From: Candidatus Poribacteria bacterium
GTDB taxonomy: Bacteria; Poribacteria; WGA-4E; WGA-3G
Assembly: GCA_964291315.2 (NCBI GenBank)
Contig: OZ219753.1
Location: 1,120,001 to 1,184,000, forward strand
Reading direction: 5' to 3'
Length of the DNA: 64,000 nucleotides
Part shown: piece by piece, positions 26,880 through 37,641 of the stretch
Numbering within the stretch: position 1 is the first letter of the stretch
Layout: the number at the start of each line of letters is the position of its first letter
The notes under the pieces: generated by a model
What the model saw: the letters and a program-made list of their open reading frames with translations, nothing else
What the model was told of the DNA's origin: nothing
The model's database searches: none
Program-made: the position numbers and the translations under genes

Positions 26880-27177
26880 AGGGATTCCTTTTTGATAGAA
26901 GTTTAAGAGATAATAATTTGTGAATTTTACTAGTAAAGTATAGCACAAAATAGGTTCTAAAACAACATGTTTATTACGGATCGGTAGGGATATTCAGGTC
27001 TAGATTTCTGGGTTTTGATCTAGACGAGAAGGTAGTGAGCCTGAGGTCACTCGTATAAAAAGCTGAATAATTCTGGTAAAATTCACAATGGTGTTGATTT
27101 TTATTGAAGATTCTGATAGAATAAAGAGAGCTTGTAGATATGATTCACTACTTTTGACTTAACACGGGAGGCAACCT

Positions 27178-27789
27178 ATGAAACTAAAAGCGATCTGTTA
27201 CTTTGTCGCCATGCTGCTTGTCGCTAGCCTGGTTGGCTGTGGTGGAGACGATCCGGAACCGGAAATAGCTGAGACGGAACCCTTAGTCACGCCAACTTCT
27301 CAACCGGTGGAGACAACGCCAACTGTAGAACGAAATATTGACTTTGCAGTTGAAGAGCAGGCGATCCGTGAACTCTATGCGGCGTATGCTGCTGCCCACG
27401 GAGACAAAGACGTTGATACACTCGGAAAAGTGTGGCTCAAAAGTGAGGAAAAAACAGTTTTCACTGCGTGGACGTTCTGGGCTGGCACTTTTGAGAGAAA
27501 CGATGGATGGAAGGCTGTAACGGCGGCATGGGATGGAATTTTCCGGCTGCGCGGTGGGGAAATGGCAATAGAGATCACCCACATTGCTATTAACAGCCGA
27601 GGTAAAGAAGCTGTTTTACGAGGTTCTTACAAATGGGGTGATCAGCAGGGCGATCTAATTTCTGCCCTGAAGAAGGATGGCGCGGACTGGAAAATTCGTG
27701 CAATTGATTACACGAATGGTAGGTTCGGAAAACAGGTTAAAGATATGATTGACCCCGCTCATACGTTCGAAAAAATTCCTGAAGAATAG
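27178..27789 (+). CDS. Lipoprotein with NTF2/SnoaL-like domain
   Basis: LVGC lipobox; EQAIRELY..Y, LKKDGADWKI. Confidence 0.75.
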   Translation: MKLKAICYFVAMLLVASLVGCGGDDPEPEIAETEPLVTPTSQPVETTPTVERNIDFAVEEQAIRELYAAYAAAHGDKDVDTLGKVWLKSEEKTVFTAWTFWAGTFERNDGWKAVTAAWDGIFRLRGGEMAIEITHIAINSRGKEAVLRGSYKWGDQQGDLISALKKDGADWKIRAIDYTNGRFGKQVKDMIDPAHTFEKIPEE

Positions 27790-27791
27790 GT

Positions 27792-28151
27792 ATGGATAAA
27801 ATTATTCTCAAAGGAATACGGTTTCATGGCCACCACGGCGTTCCTGAATCGGAACGTCAGGTTGGTGGCCATTATGAAATTGACGCGGTCTTGGGTTACA
27901 ACCTCGCATGCCCCGGCACTACGGACTCACTCACAGACACGATCGACTATGCCGAAGTTGTTACATGTATCATTGAAATTGGCACACAGCAGTCTTTCCA
28001 ACTCATTGAGGCGCTGGCTGAAAAAATCGCAGCGGTCATTTTATCCGAGTTCGCGGTTGAAGATGTCCGCCTTATCGTTAAGAAACTGCACCCACCGATC
28101 GAACAACCCATTAATTATTTTGCTGTTGAAATTTTTCGTAGTGAAGTATAA
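27792..28151 (+). CDS. folB: Dihydroneopterin aldolase
   Basis: FHGHHGV..SER..G, TIDYA, LIEALAE. Confidence 0.96.
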   Translation: MDKIILKGIRFHGHHGVPESERQVGGHYEIDAVLGYNLACPGTTDSLTDTIDYAEVVTCIIEIGTQQSFQLIEALAEKIAAVILSEFAVEDVRLIVKKLHPPIEQPINYFAVEIFRSEV

Positions 28152-29337
28152 ATTTGCTATTCTCATCTGCATCTTCTTGACGACAACCCCGTTCACACAA
28201 GCCGGTGGCAGAAAAGAATTATTATTCCAAGATATAGCCCCCGGTGTCCAAGTCTATCGTTACCATTGGGATGTCGAAACATGTGTCCTCTACGTTGCTG
28301 AGATGTCCCGGCAGGAACCGACACTGCACTTTGAGGTAGGGCTTGCCAACGCTCAAGTCTTAGGTAAAGAGACTGTGCGCTCCATGGCGATGCGGCGAAA
28401 CGAACGTGGTGATCGACGCGTCCTCGTTGCAGTCAATGGCGGTTTTGGAGTTCTCGGGGATATGCGTGGTTACGGCGGCGTGTTAGAAAACCTCCATATC
28501 CAAGAGGGTGAGCTAGTGACACAACCCACCGACACGGACGCTTGTTTTGGCGTAACCGAAGCAGGGGAGTTTCTAAGCTCTTCCGTGGAAATGCAGGCCA
28601 GTCTCCAAATAGACATGCATACGCTGCAGATTGGGTGTATCAATCAGAGGCGGCTTGACGGGTGTCAGGTCATCCTCTATACTCCTAGTCTTGGTAAAAC
28701 GACACACACACATCGTCGCCGGGGTAGAGAGGTGATACTCAGGGGGCTTCCTCTCCCGTTAACACTGAATTATGAACACGGCTACACTGTAGAGGACATT
28801 TCACGTGGCGGCAACAGTCTAATTCCCAAAGACGGGGTAGTTCTCTGGATTAATGCTAGATTTAAAGATCAAAGTGTTTCGGCTTTCAATACTGGGGCGA
28901 ATGGCATCCTCACGGTTTCCCTCTTGCCCCCCGAATGGAATCAAGTCCGCCACGCCATAGGGGGACGACTCCGTCTTCTCAAAAATGGTAAGATAAACGA
29001 AACGCTCGTCGAGATGCACAACACTGAAAAACGGCATACGCCAGGCAAACGTGTCCCCGTGTTAAACCTCAGCCATGAACCCCGAACAGCCCTCGGATAC
29101 AACGCAGACAAGCTCTTTTTGGTCGTTGCAGATGGACGACAACCGCAATATAGCACAGGTCTAACCCTTTATGAACTTGCCAGCATACTCATCGAACTCG
29201 GAGCAACGGAAGCGATTAACCTTGACGGTGGCTCTTCCAGTACTTTTGTCGTCAAGGATGCGGTTATTAACAAGCCGTCTGGACGGCAGGAACGTGACGT
29301 TTTGAATGCTGCTTTTATCACGGTAGATACTCAGTGA
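28141..29337 (+). CDS. Phosphodiester glycosidase family protein (NAGPA/DUF2233)
   Basis: AVNGGF, PRTALG, VADGRQ, AINLDGGSSS; GTG start at 28141 gives a signal peptide. Confidence 0.88.
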   Translation: MKYKFAILICIFLTTTPFTQAGGRKELLFQDIAPGVQVYRYHWDVETCVLYVAEMSRQEPTLHFEVGLANAQVLGKETVRSMAMRRNERGDRRVLVAVNGGFGVLGDMRGYGGVLENLHIQEGELVTQPTDTDACFGVTEAGEFLSSSVEMQASLQIDMHTLQIGCINQRRLDGCQVILYTPSLGKTTHTHRRRGREVILRGLPLPLTLNYEHGYTVEDISRGGNSLIPKDGVVLWINARFKDQSVSAFNTGANGILTVSLLPPEWNQVRHAIGGRLRLLKNGKINETLVEMHNTEKRHTPGKRVPVLNLSHEPRTALGYNADKLFLVVADGRQPQYSTGLTLYELASILIELGATEAINLDGGSSSTFVVKDAVINKPSGRQERDVLNAAFITVDTQ

Positions 29338-29365
29338 AACGCTGTAAATAACTTGGAGAGCTATT

Positions 29366-30415
29366 GTGAAAACCTATTTTCGTGTAACAGCTAAGCTGCT
29401 CATATTTCTATCACTGCTGTTCTGTCACATCCTAGTCGCTAATTCAGCAGATACCCCAAAATTGTTGGCGGCAGCCCCCCTTTCGCAAACAGCGATTCAG
29501 TTGCAGTTCAACGGAAAATTGTTACTAGAAGAGGTAGAAAACCGGGAAAATTATCGCATCACATCAGACATCCGACTTGAATACGTAATATTGGATCAGC
29601 GAATGAACCGCGTCTTGCTGACGCTTGCGACGCCGTTGCGAATGGGAATAACCTATCGACTTACGCATCAAAAATTACAAATTGAGACACTACTAACACT
29701 TCCGTCCGTAAATGAAATAACCTTCGGCACAAGCGACACCGTTACATTTTCTGGTGGTGGGCAAGATACCACGTTGTTTGCCAACAAAGATCGGAAGGCC
29801 TGGAACAACAATGCTGGAGCGGAACAGACTCTGCTATGTGATCCAACGGGGAGCGTTTTTTTTGCAGTCTTTGATCTCTTCGATGCGTTTGAAGATATAG
29901 GTATCCGTGAGCCGACACAGGTTTTAGAGGCAGCGATAAGTCTACACGTTCAGACGTGCGAGATAGAAACTGCACAGACGGTACTTTTCCGCCGCGTTTT
30001 ACTTCCGTGGCGAGAGGGCAGAGGCACCTCTGACCGTGCGAAAGAGAACGAGCTTACTTATAACAGTGCGTTGCATCGCAACCTCCCGTGGAACAGGCCC
30101 CCGGCGCAAGCGATGTTAGCAGGAATAGACGGGGATAATGAAAGTGATTACAATGGTTCGGAGGATGTTGCACACCGCATTGACGGTACGTGTGACATTC
30201 AAGGCGCAGACAGACGGTATACATTCAAAAGCGAACTGCTCACCGAGGCTGTCCGTTTTTGGGTGGCGAACCCCGATTACAACTACGGATATCTCTTTGC
30301 CATACAAGAAGGTAGTGTGCCAATTGTTTTTTCTTCAAAAGAGGCGGCTGATGAAAAATTGCGTCCGGTTTTGACAATTCGGTATCAGCTCCAACCGGAG
30401 GAGAACCGGAATTAA
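29366..30415 (+). CDS. Secreted DNRLRE/CBM96-like domain protein
   Basis: Signal peptide; QDTTL, WREG.G, W..NP..NYG, FSSKE....RPVLTI.Y. Confidence 0.72.
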   Translation: MKTYFRVTAKLLIFLSLLFCHILVANSADTPKLLAAAPLSQTAIQLQFNGKLLLEEVENRENYRITSDIRLEYVILDQRMNRVLLTLATPLRMGITYRLTHQKLQIETLLTLPSVNEITFGTSDTVTFSGGGQDTTLFANKDRKAWNNNAGAEQTLLCDPTGSVFFAVFDLFDAFEDIGIREPTQVLEAAISLHVQTCEIETAQTVLFRRVLLPWREGRGTSDRAKENELTYNSALHRNLPWNRPPAQAMLAGIDGDNESDYNGSEDVAHRIDGTCDIQGADRRYTFKSELLTEAVRFWVANPDYNYGYLFAIQEGSVPIVFSSKEAADEKLRPVLTIRYQLQPEENRN

Positions 30416-30653
30416 TTCCAAGTGTGATTCAGGCGAAAACCATACATCAGTCGAATATTGTTGAATACTGGAGGGATCAGACCATCATAGTTATGTCGTT
30501 ATGATGCAAACTAATAGGAAGCCATGCCGAATGTGTGCGGGGTACTTGTTGTATGCTACAAAAGAGGTGCTTTTTCGGTGAGAAGTGGCTTTGTTGTCCG
30601 TTTTTCTCTGACTTGTTCTTACTGTTAGATCGAGTTCACATTTATTTATTACC

Positions 30654-31940
30654 TTACAAAAACGCTTGCAAGCGTATCAAAGTCCGTTCCACTGCCCCTA
30701 GATTCTCCTCAATTACTTTTTTGCCGATGCGTCCGGCTGTCGTTCGCGCTGTCTCGTTCTCTAGCCACGCTTTGATCACATCTGCTAACTGTTGCCTGTC
30801 ATGAACCAGTTTTGCGCCCCCTCGATCCAAGAGTAAGGATGCTTCGTGCGCGTTCTGGATAGTTGGTCCAAAGATAACAGGTTTCTCCATTGCAGCAGGT
30901 TCCATCACGTTATGAACGCTCCCGCGGAAGCTCCCGCCAACAAACGATATGTCTGCTAACCGATATAACTTCGCAAGAAGCCCCACTTTGTCAACGATAA
31001 GGACATCTATTGCCGCCAGATCCATTTCAGGGGTGAGTTCTGAAAAACAGCGGTAGGCTGATTTTGCTCGTTCTAGATGTCGGCGAATTTCCTTTATGCG
31101 TCCAGGTGTGGGTTCGTGTGGCACCAAAATCAGGTGTGGAAAATCGCCCTGCATATTTTGACGCAGGAATTGGTAAGCTGGTAGCAACACTCGCTCATCT
31201 TCTGTGTAAGTGCTCCCTGCGACGAGAATAAGTCGTTTTAAGGTTCTTTGGCCGTGGAAAAATTCGGCATCAGGTTCGACAGCGATTGCCTGTCGATAAA
31301 CTTGTTCGTAGCGGGTATCACCGGTGACAATAATTTCGTGTGTTGGTGAGCAAAGTTCTTGAAAACGCGTCGCGTCCGCTTCTGAGATGGTACAATGTAC
31401 TCGGATACACTGATGCACACTTCGGAAAAACGGTTTTGCGAGATAGGATAGTCTTTTCGACTCGGCGTGTAGTGTTCCTGCTACCACGATAATTGGGATA
31501 TCTTGATTTGATGCTTTCCAAACAAGATTCGGCCAAATATCGAATTTTGAAAAAACTATTATTGAAGGTTCAATGAGTTGCAGCAAACGTTCTGCGTTCC
31601 GCGGTGTATCGAGCGGAAAATAAACGGCTGCGTCTGCGTAGGGATAGCTCTGTGCATTCGGTGCAACGGAGGGCGAAAAGAAGGTTAAAACAATCCGGGT
31701 CTCTGCATACATTGCTTCAATGAGCGGTTTCGCCTGTTCAAATTCCCCCACAGATGTGAAGTGAAACCAGGTTGTTTTCTCTAAATTTCGTGATATCCGG
31801 AGCTGGCTTGTCAGTTCTCCAAACACTCTTTTTCGTCCTTTGATCCCTTCCTGAATCTTGGGGTTGCAATACCTTGTGCTGTGAAAAGCGATGAACATGG
31901 TAGGGATAAAGAGCGTGTTGTAGATGAATTGCCAGAACAT
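30654..31940 (-). CDS. waaA: 3-deoxy-D-manno-octulosonic acid (Kdo) transferase
   Basis: WFH..SVGE, PLD, DIWPN, GDTRY, AGST, VPH, FVGGS, HNVMEPA, FGP. Confidence 0.92.
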   Translation of the reverse strand: MFWQFIYNTLFIPTMFIAFHSTRYCNPKIQEGIKGRKRVFGELTSQLRISRNLEKTTWFHFTSVGEFEQAKPLIEAMYAETRIVLTFFSPSVAPNAQSYPYADAAVYFPLDTPRNAERLLQLIEPSIIVFSKFDIWPNLVWKASNQDIPIIVVAGTLHAESKRLSYLAKPFFRSVHQCIRVHCTISEADATRFQELCSPTHEIIVTGDTRYEQVYRQAIAVEPDAEFFHGQRTLKRLILVAGSTYTEDERVLLPAYQFLRQNMQGDFPHLILVPHEPTPGRIKEIRRHLERAKSAYRCFSELTPEMDLAAIDVLIVDKVGLLAKLYRLADISFVGGSFRGSVHNVMEPAAMEKPVIFGPTIQNAHEASLLLDRGGAKLVHDRQQLADVIKAWLENETARTTAGRIGKKVIEENLGAVERTLIRLQAFL

Positions 31941-32040
31941 ACGGAGTCTTAAAGATAAAAAGGTGGGAAGAATGGAAGAAACATTTTGTTCTCCCAATCT
32001 TCCATTATCTATGAGGTGTGTGATTACGCGGTGTTGGTGT

Positions 32041-32367
32041 TTATAGTACGTCTAGGATTTTTTTCTTGAGGGTGTCTTTAGGCATCGCGCCGACAATCTG
32101 TCCTGCAACTGCCCCGTCCTTGAATACAAGGAGCGTGGGGATACTCCGAACACCGTATTGCATTGCTGTCTGGCGGTTATCGTCGACATTCACTTTTCCA
32201 ACTTTGAAAGTATCGGAATTCTCTTCGGCGAGTTCCTCCAAGATGGGTGCGATCATCTTGCAGGGCCCGCACCATTCCGCCCAGAAATCGACAACAACCG
32301 GTGTGTCGGATGTAATCACCATTCCTTGAAACGTATCGTCAGTAATTTCAAACGTATTTGCAGCCAT
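32041..32367 (-). CDS. trxA: Thioredoxin
   Basis: VDFWAEWCGPCK. Confidence 0.97.
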   Translation of the reverse strand: MAANTFEITDDTFQGMVITSDTPVVVDFWAEWCGPCKMIAPILEELAEENSDTFKVGKVNVDDNRQTAMQYGVRSIPTLLVFKDGAVAGQIVGAMPKDTLKKKILDVL

Positions 32368-32780
32368 GATAGCTCCTTTTTGTTTAGAATTGAGGAGGCA
32401 GAACCGCCCCTATAATAATTGGCAATACTTCGCTTGAGCAATTGCTCTTATGAATTCATGACATTAATATGATACTCTACTCACAGAGAAATTGCCAGTC
32501 AATTTTTGATATTTATAACAGATTTAGTCTCGATAAAAAGGTGGTATGCCCGTTTTGCAATCATAAAGAGCCTTACTTACATAATTGTTCTCTTTACAGG
32601 CCGTTTATGTTCTAAGCGAGAGGCGCTAAAGTCCGAGCCTTAATCGTTTCGTGCTGATTTTTTATTGATAAAAAAAGTCCGTTTTGTTATACTAAATAAT
32701 GAGATCTAACGCTTTGCTCAACCAACGTGATGAATATGAACGTTAATTTGATTGTAAACGTACAATTAAGGAGACAACAG

Positions 32781-33416
32781 ATGTCCGATAAAGAAAAGAA
32801 ACAAGGTACAAGCATCTCGCGACGGAGTTTCTTGAAGGGTGTTGGCACTGGTACTGTTGCCGCGACTGTCGTCCCTGGTGTCCTCATCGGCAGCGAGAAA
32901 GCCGCCGAGGCCCAAGCGGGCGATGCTATCTCTACTGCGACAATTCAACTCAAGATCAACGAGAAGTCCTATGAAGTTGAAGTTGAAGCGCGCACAACAC
33001 TTTTGACAGTTTTACGGGATGGGATTGATACAGGTGGAAATACCATCGACTTGACAGGTGCTAAACTCATTTGTGATCGAGGGGAATGTGGCGGCTGTAC
33101 CGTTATGGTAGACGGGAAGGCGATCTACGCTTGTATGATGCTTGCGATGGATGCACAAGGTAAGGACATAACAACTATCGAAGGGCTGGCAACCGGAGAT
33201 GCCTTACATCCGGTCCAGGAAGCATTTGTCAAACACGATGCGCTCATGTGTGGGTTCTGCACGCCTGGTTTTGTCATCTCATCTGCGGCACTGTTAAACG
33301 AGAACAAAAAACCGACGCTTGAAGAAATTAAAACCGGTTTGTCTGGCAATACATGTCGCTGTGGAACTTATCCGTTCATCTTTGATGCTGTCAAGACCGC
33401 ATCACGGGACATGTGA
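32781..33416 (+). CDS. Xanthine dehydrogenase-family 2Fe-2S subunit with Tat signal (PaoA-like)
   Basis: SRRSFLK Tat motif; CDRGECGGC, CGFCTPG, GNTCRC; AGGAG SD before 32781. Confidence 0.93.
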   Translation: MSDKEKKQGTSISRRSFLKGVGTGTVAATVVPGVLIGSEKAAEAQAGDAISTATIQLKINEKSYEVEVEARTTLLTVLRDGIDTGGNTIDLTGAKLICDRGECGGCTVMVDGKAIYACMMLAMDAQGKDITTIEGLATGDALHPVQEAFVKHDALMCGFCTPGFVISSAALLNENKKPTLEEIKTGLSGNTCRCGTYPFIFDAVKTASRDM

Positions 33417-33507
33417 TCCCGACGGCTCTATTTGAAAGCTCACCTCGGCTTACTGCGCCGGGGAGGCTGCTGTTCCAAGCTAGCAGCCATTTATAGGAGA
33501 AAAAAGC

Positions 33508-35628
33508 ATGGGATCATGGAAAGAAGCGAGTGAATCACGTCTTATCGGCAAACGGATAAATCGTTTGTCCGGTAACGATAAGGTCACTGGCAAAGCGAAA
33601 TATACCTTTGACATCAACCGACCGGGCATGCTTTACGGACGGATTTTGCGTTCTGAAGTCGCGCATGCGACCGTTATCGGTTTGGATACAAGCGAGGCAG
33701 AAGCACTTCCGGGTGTCAAAGCAATTATACCGCTGATTGAAATTGGAAATAGGCTTCGCTACCAAGGTCAAGAAGTGGCAGCTGTTGCAGCAGAGACGGA
33801 TGACATCGCCAAAGACGCAATTCGGTTGATTCATGTCGATCTGGAAGAATTAGCGCATGTCGTCACGGAAGAAGGAGCTATGGCGGCAGGTGCGCCGCAA
33901 ATCCGGGAGGATTGGGCGGGCAACCAGAGTAATCCTAACATCAGAGAAGACGGTGATCTTGAAGCAGGATTCGCCGAAGCCGCTGTTGAGGTGGAGGCTA
34001 CCTACAAGACAGCAGTTCAAACACATGTCTGTTTGGAAACACACGGGCACGTTGCTGAGTGGGAAGATGAACAAAACTTGACTGTTTGGGCGTCAACACA
34101 AGCGGTTTTCGGGACTCGCAATGACTTTGCGCAACACTTTGAACTACCAGCCAACCAAGTCAGGGTCATCACAGAGCACATGGGTGGCGGGTTTGGCAGC
34201 AAATTCGGCCCTGGTGTAGAAGGACGGGCTGCCGCTGAGTTGGCACGGATTACTGGTAGAGCGGTGAAGCTAATGCTAACGCGTAAAGCGGAGCATCTCG
34301 TTGCCGGCAATCGTCCTTCAATGACACAAAATGTTCGGGCAGGTGCGACCCACGATGGACGTCTTATCGCTTATGATATGAAGGGCCATGGAACGGGAGG
34401 TATCAGCAGCGGTGCTGGCTTCCAGGCCCCCTATGTCTATCATGTCCCAAACTTGCGCACTGAAAAAGTGAATGTTGCTGTCAATGCTGGAAACCAACGT
34501 GCAATGCGCGCCCCAGGGCATCCACAAGCCTCATTCGCAATGGACTCACTGGTGGATGAGCTGGCAGAGAAGCTCGGGATGGACCCGTTAGAGTTTCGAC
34601 GTATCAACGATGCAAACGAAACGCGCCAAGCCCAGTACACGCTCGGTGCCCGAGAAATTGGTTGGCATCGTCGTAACAATGTGCCAGGCTCCAGCACAAA
34701 TGTGAAAAAGCGGGGCATGGGGGTTGGAAGCGGACAGTGGGGCGGCGGTGGTGGTCGCGGTACAGAGGCACGGGTTACTATCAACGCTGATGGCACTGTT
34801 GAAGCGGTCACTGGAACGCAGGACATCGGGACGGGTGTTCGTACTGTCATTGCAATTATTGTTGCTGAAGAACTTGGGCTCGCTCCAACCGATATTGTCG
34901 TAAAGGTTGGGGATAGTCAGCCCGGTTTACCCTCTGGGGGCAGCGGTGGTAGTCAAACAACACCGTCTGTCGCTCCGGTTATTAAGACTGCGGCTGAAGC
35001 GGCAAAACGGAAGTTGTTCGAGCGCATCGCCCCTATGCTTGAGGCCCCTATTGATGATCTCCGCGTTGGCCGTGAAACGATTTACGTCGTTTCTGATCGA
35101 ACCAAAACCATTACATGGAAACAAGCGACTGGACAGCTGGGTATGGAAAGTATAAGCGAAGGTGGATATTGGGATGAAGAACTCCGCCAAAACGGTGCAG
35201 CTGGTACGCAGTTCGCTGAGGTTGAAGTTGATACGGAAACGGGTATTGTCAAGGTTATTAAGATTGTGGCGGTGCAAGACTGTGGATTGGCGATTAACCG
35301 TCTGACCACGGAAAGCCAGATTAATGGTGGTGTTATCATGGGGTTGGGGCAGGCGCTGCTTGAGGAACGGTTCATGGACCCACAAACTGGGCGGATGCTC
35401 AACGCGAATCTTGAGGATTACAAAGTGCCTGGAACTTTTGAGATTCCTGAGATTAAATCCATTGTTTTCGATACTCATCGTAGAGTCACCGGAGTCGGTG
35501 AACCGCCATGTATCCCAACCCCCGGTGCTATTGCTAACGCTGTTCATAACGCGATCGGTGTGCGAATTCGAGAGTTGCCGATAACACCGGATCGGGTTCT
35601 TAACGCGCTTGCCGAGGAAAAGGTATAA
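33508..35628 (+). CDS. Xanthine dehydrogenase-family molybdopterin-binding subunit (PaoC-like)
   Basis: KVTGKAKY, MGGGFGSK, MRAPG, QDIGTG, GVGEPP. Confidence 0.94.
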   Translation: MGSWKEASESRLIGKRINRLSGNDKVTGKAKYTFDINRPGMLYGRILRSEVAHATVIGLDTSEAEALPGVKAIIPLIEIGNRLRYQGQEVAAVAAETDDIAKDAIRLIHVDLEELAHVVTEEGAMAAGAPQIREDWAGNQSNPNIREDGDLEAGFAEAAVEVEATYKTAVQTHVCLETHGHVAEWEDEQNLTVWASTQAVFGTRNDFAQHFELPANQVRVITEHMGGGFGSKFGPGVEGRAAAELARITGRAVKLMLTRKAEHLVAGNRPSMTQNVRAGATHDGRLIAYDMKGHGTGGISSGAGFQAPYVYHVPNLRTEKVNVAVNAGNQRAMRAPGHPQASFAMDSLVDELAEKLGMDPLEFRRINDANETRQAQYTLGAREIGWHRRNNVPGSSTNVKKRGMGVGSGQWGGGGGRGTEARVTINADGTVEAVTGTQDIGTGVRTVIAIIVAEELGLAPTDIVVKVGDSQPGLPSGGSGGSQTTPSVAPVIKTAAEAAKRKLFERIAPMLEAPIDDLRVGRETIYVVSDRTKTITWKQATGQLGMESISEGGYWDEELRQNGAAGTQFAEVEVDTETGIVKVIKIVAVQDCGLAINRLTTESQINGGVIMGLGQALLEERFMDPQTGRMLNANLEDYKVPGTFEIPEIKSIVFDTHRRVTGVGEPPCIPTPGAIANAVHNAIGVRIRELPITPDRVLNALAEEKV

Positions 35629-35639
35629 GGAGCTAAGGA

Positions 35640-36620
35640 ATGGAAAAATTTAGTTATATTAACGCCACTAGTCTTGAGCAGGTCACTTCGCTTCTGAGTG
35701 AGAGCAGCTGGGGGGAAGTTATGCTTATTGCTGGCGGTACAGACCTCCTTGGGGAGCTCAAAGAATATGTTGAGACTCCCAAAACGCTCATTAATCTTAA
35801 GACGTTGCCCGGTATGGACGGTATTACAGCTGACGCTTCGGGTTTAAGAATTGGGGCGTTAGCCACTGTCGACGACATTGCACAGCATTTGACGATCCAA
35901 CAGGGTTACACTGTGTTGGCAGAGGCGGCAGCCTCCGTCGCGACGCCACAGATACGGAACGTTGGCACATTGGGTGGTAACCTCTGCCAACGCCCGCGGT
36001 GCTGGTATTACCGCGATGAATCGATTAACTGCCTCAAAAAAACGGGTGACACCTGCTATGCAGTCGATGGTTTGAGCAAATATCACGCTATTCTCGGAGG
36101 CGACCCGGTCTACATCGTGCATCCTTCAGACTTGGCGCCGGCGCTCATAGCCTTGGGGGCTTCTGTCAAAATTGTTGGACCCGAGGGGGAAAAGATGATG
36201 CCTCTTGAGCAATTTTTTACCTTGCCTGCAACGAATCCGTTCCGTGAAAATGTGCTTGAACCTAACGAAATTGTTGTTGAGGTTACGGTGCCAGCTGCGA
36301 AACCAGATACGAAAAGCTTCTACTTGAAGGCGCGCGAAAAAGGTGCCCCGGACTTTGCGCTGGCAAGTGTTGCGGGGGTTTTCGAGATGGATGGGAAAAC
36401 TTGCAAAACTGCCAGCGTTGTACTCGGAGGTGTTGCCCCGGCACCTTGGCGCTCTAAGGAGGCTGAAGCTGCACTGACAGGCATGAGAATCAACGAAGCG
36501 GTTGGCAAGAAGGCGGGAGCAGATGCTGTCATGGACGCGCGACCGTTGAACGACAACGCCTATAAAGTAAAGTTAACACAGAACCTCATCAGTCGCGCGG
36601 CGATGATGGCTGCAGGCTAA
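35640..36620 (+). CDS. Xanthine dehydrogenase-family FAD-binding subunit (PaoB-like)
   Basis: IAGGTDL, QIRNVGTLGGNLCQRPRCWYYR, HPSDLAPAL. Confidence 0.94.
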   Translation: MEKFSYINATSLEQVTSLLSESSWGEVMLIAGGTDLLGELKEYVETPKTLINLKTLPGMDGITADASGLRIGALATVDDIAQHLTIQQGYTVLAEAAASVATPQIRNVGTLGGNLCQRPRCWYYRDESINCLKKTGDTCYAVDGLSKYHAILGGDPVYIVHPSDLAPALIALGASVKIVGPEGEKMMPLEQFFTLPATNPFRENVLEPNEIVVEVTVPAAKPDTKSFYLKAREKGAPDFALASVAGVFEMDGKTCKTASVVLGGVAPAPWRSKEAEAALTGMRINEAVGKKAGADAVMDARPLNDNAYKVKLTQNLISRAAMMAAG

Positions 36621-36632
36621 AGGAGCATAGAC

Positions 36633-36872
36633 ATGTTACAAGGAAAAGCACTTCCACTTTTTAATCGCCCGATATGTCAATACCTGCGGTCAAAGGCGAT
36701 TTATATTCCGGGCGGTAACTTGCAGAATCTCGTTGAAAATAACCCCGGTTCCCACTATTGGTGCAATTGTACAATGCAAGTTGTTGGCCCCGACGATCAA
36801 TTCGTGTCTCCGGACGCTTGCAAACAGGCGCGGCCCTGTTTCAAACCTGTCGGTGGCAAACCGGTCGTTTAA
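36633..36872 (+). CDS. Small Cys-rich hypothetical protein, fourth gene of the molybdoenzyme operon
   Basis: AGGAG SD just after the previous stop; CQYLRSK...YWCNCT..VGPDD...C...RPCF. Confidence 0.7.
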   Translation: MLQGKALPLFNRPICQYLRSKAIYIPGGNLQNLVENNPGSHYWCNCTMQVVGPDDQFVSPDACKQARPCFKPVGGKPVV

Positions 36873-37132
36873 CTTGGGAACCGCAGAAAACGGGAAGGGG
36901 AATTGGTATATCAGACCGGCTCCCCTTTTGCCCGTCGTTGTTGCGCCTTTGGTAGTAGATATTACAATTACTGACATGCGATCGATTGGTGATGTTAGAC
37001 AATCTCGCCTCCTAGGGTGTAAAGACAATTAGGGGGTTTACTGTAATTATATCTAATATTTTCAGTCTGGATCGAAAACCCAATTTTGATAACGGTAAGT
37101 AAAGTCTGCGCGAAAACCGGATCATTAGAGAA

Positions 37133-37591
37133 ATGTTTCTGAAAGTGTTGATGCAATGGACACATGTCGGTTCCGTCGTCCTAATAATAGGCGGTTTCTT
37201 TTTCTTTCGTGTTGTTCTTCTTCCAGTTGCCAATCTTTCGTCTGATCCCGCGGCATTGATCTCAGCAGCGCTGCGCCGTTTCGGTGGTATTGTCTGGGCA
37301 TCATTGCTAACAGTGCTTATTTCAGGCCTGTACAATTTCATAACTTTTTTTCGGACCGCCCGTGCCGGTGCTGCTGTTGCGCCTATTGCCTCAGATTACT
37401 CGACTTATATCTTCGTCTTAGGTATCAAATTCTTTATCGTTTTTCTGATGTTCACACTAGCAATTTTTCTAACATTCCCGTATCCGGTGTTTGAAGTGTA
37501 TCAGAAGCGTCCTGCGCCGTGGATGAATATTACCGTGGTTTTGGGGTTAGTAGTGATTTTTCTATCGGCATATTTACGTCGATTGGGATAG
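37133..37591 (+). CDS. Four-TM membrane protein, CopD/DUF4149-like
   Basis: W.H.....IGG..F...V..P, SGLYN, four hydrophobic helices. Confidence 0.7.
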   Translation: MFLKVLMQWTHVGSVVLIIGGFFFFRVVLLPVANLSSDPAALISAALRRFGGIVWASLLTVLISGLYNFITFFRTARAGAAVAPIASDYSTYIFVLGIKFFIVFLMFTLAIFLTFPYPVFEVYQKRPAPWMNITVVLGLVVIFLSAYLRRLG

Positions 37592-37611
37592 ATATAATTA
37601 GATAAAAAAAC

Positions 37612-37641
37612 TTGACATTGAGGTGCGTTTTAAGATATATT
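37612..37641 (+). promoter_or_regulatory. Sigma70-type promoter upstream of the tandem LTD genes
   Basis: TTGACA-N18-TATATT with A-rich upstream element. Confidence 0.55.

Noticed and set aside
27826-28140. N-terminal extension of the 503-aa ORF
   Set aside because: Overlaps folB; GTG at 28141 gives a proper signal peptide.
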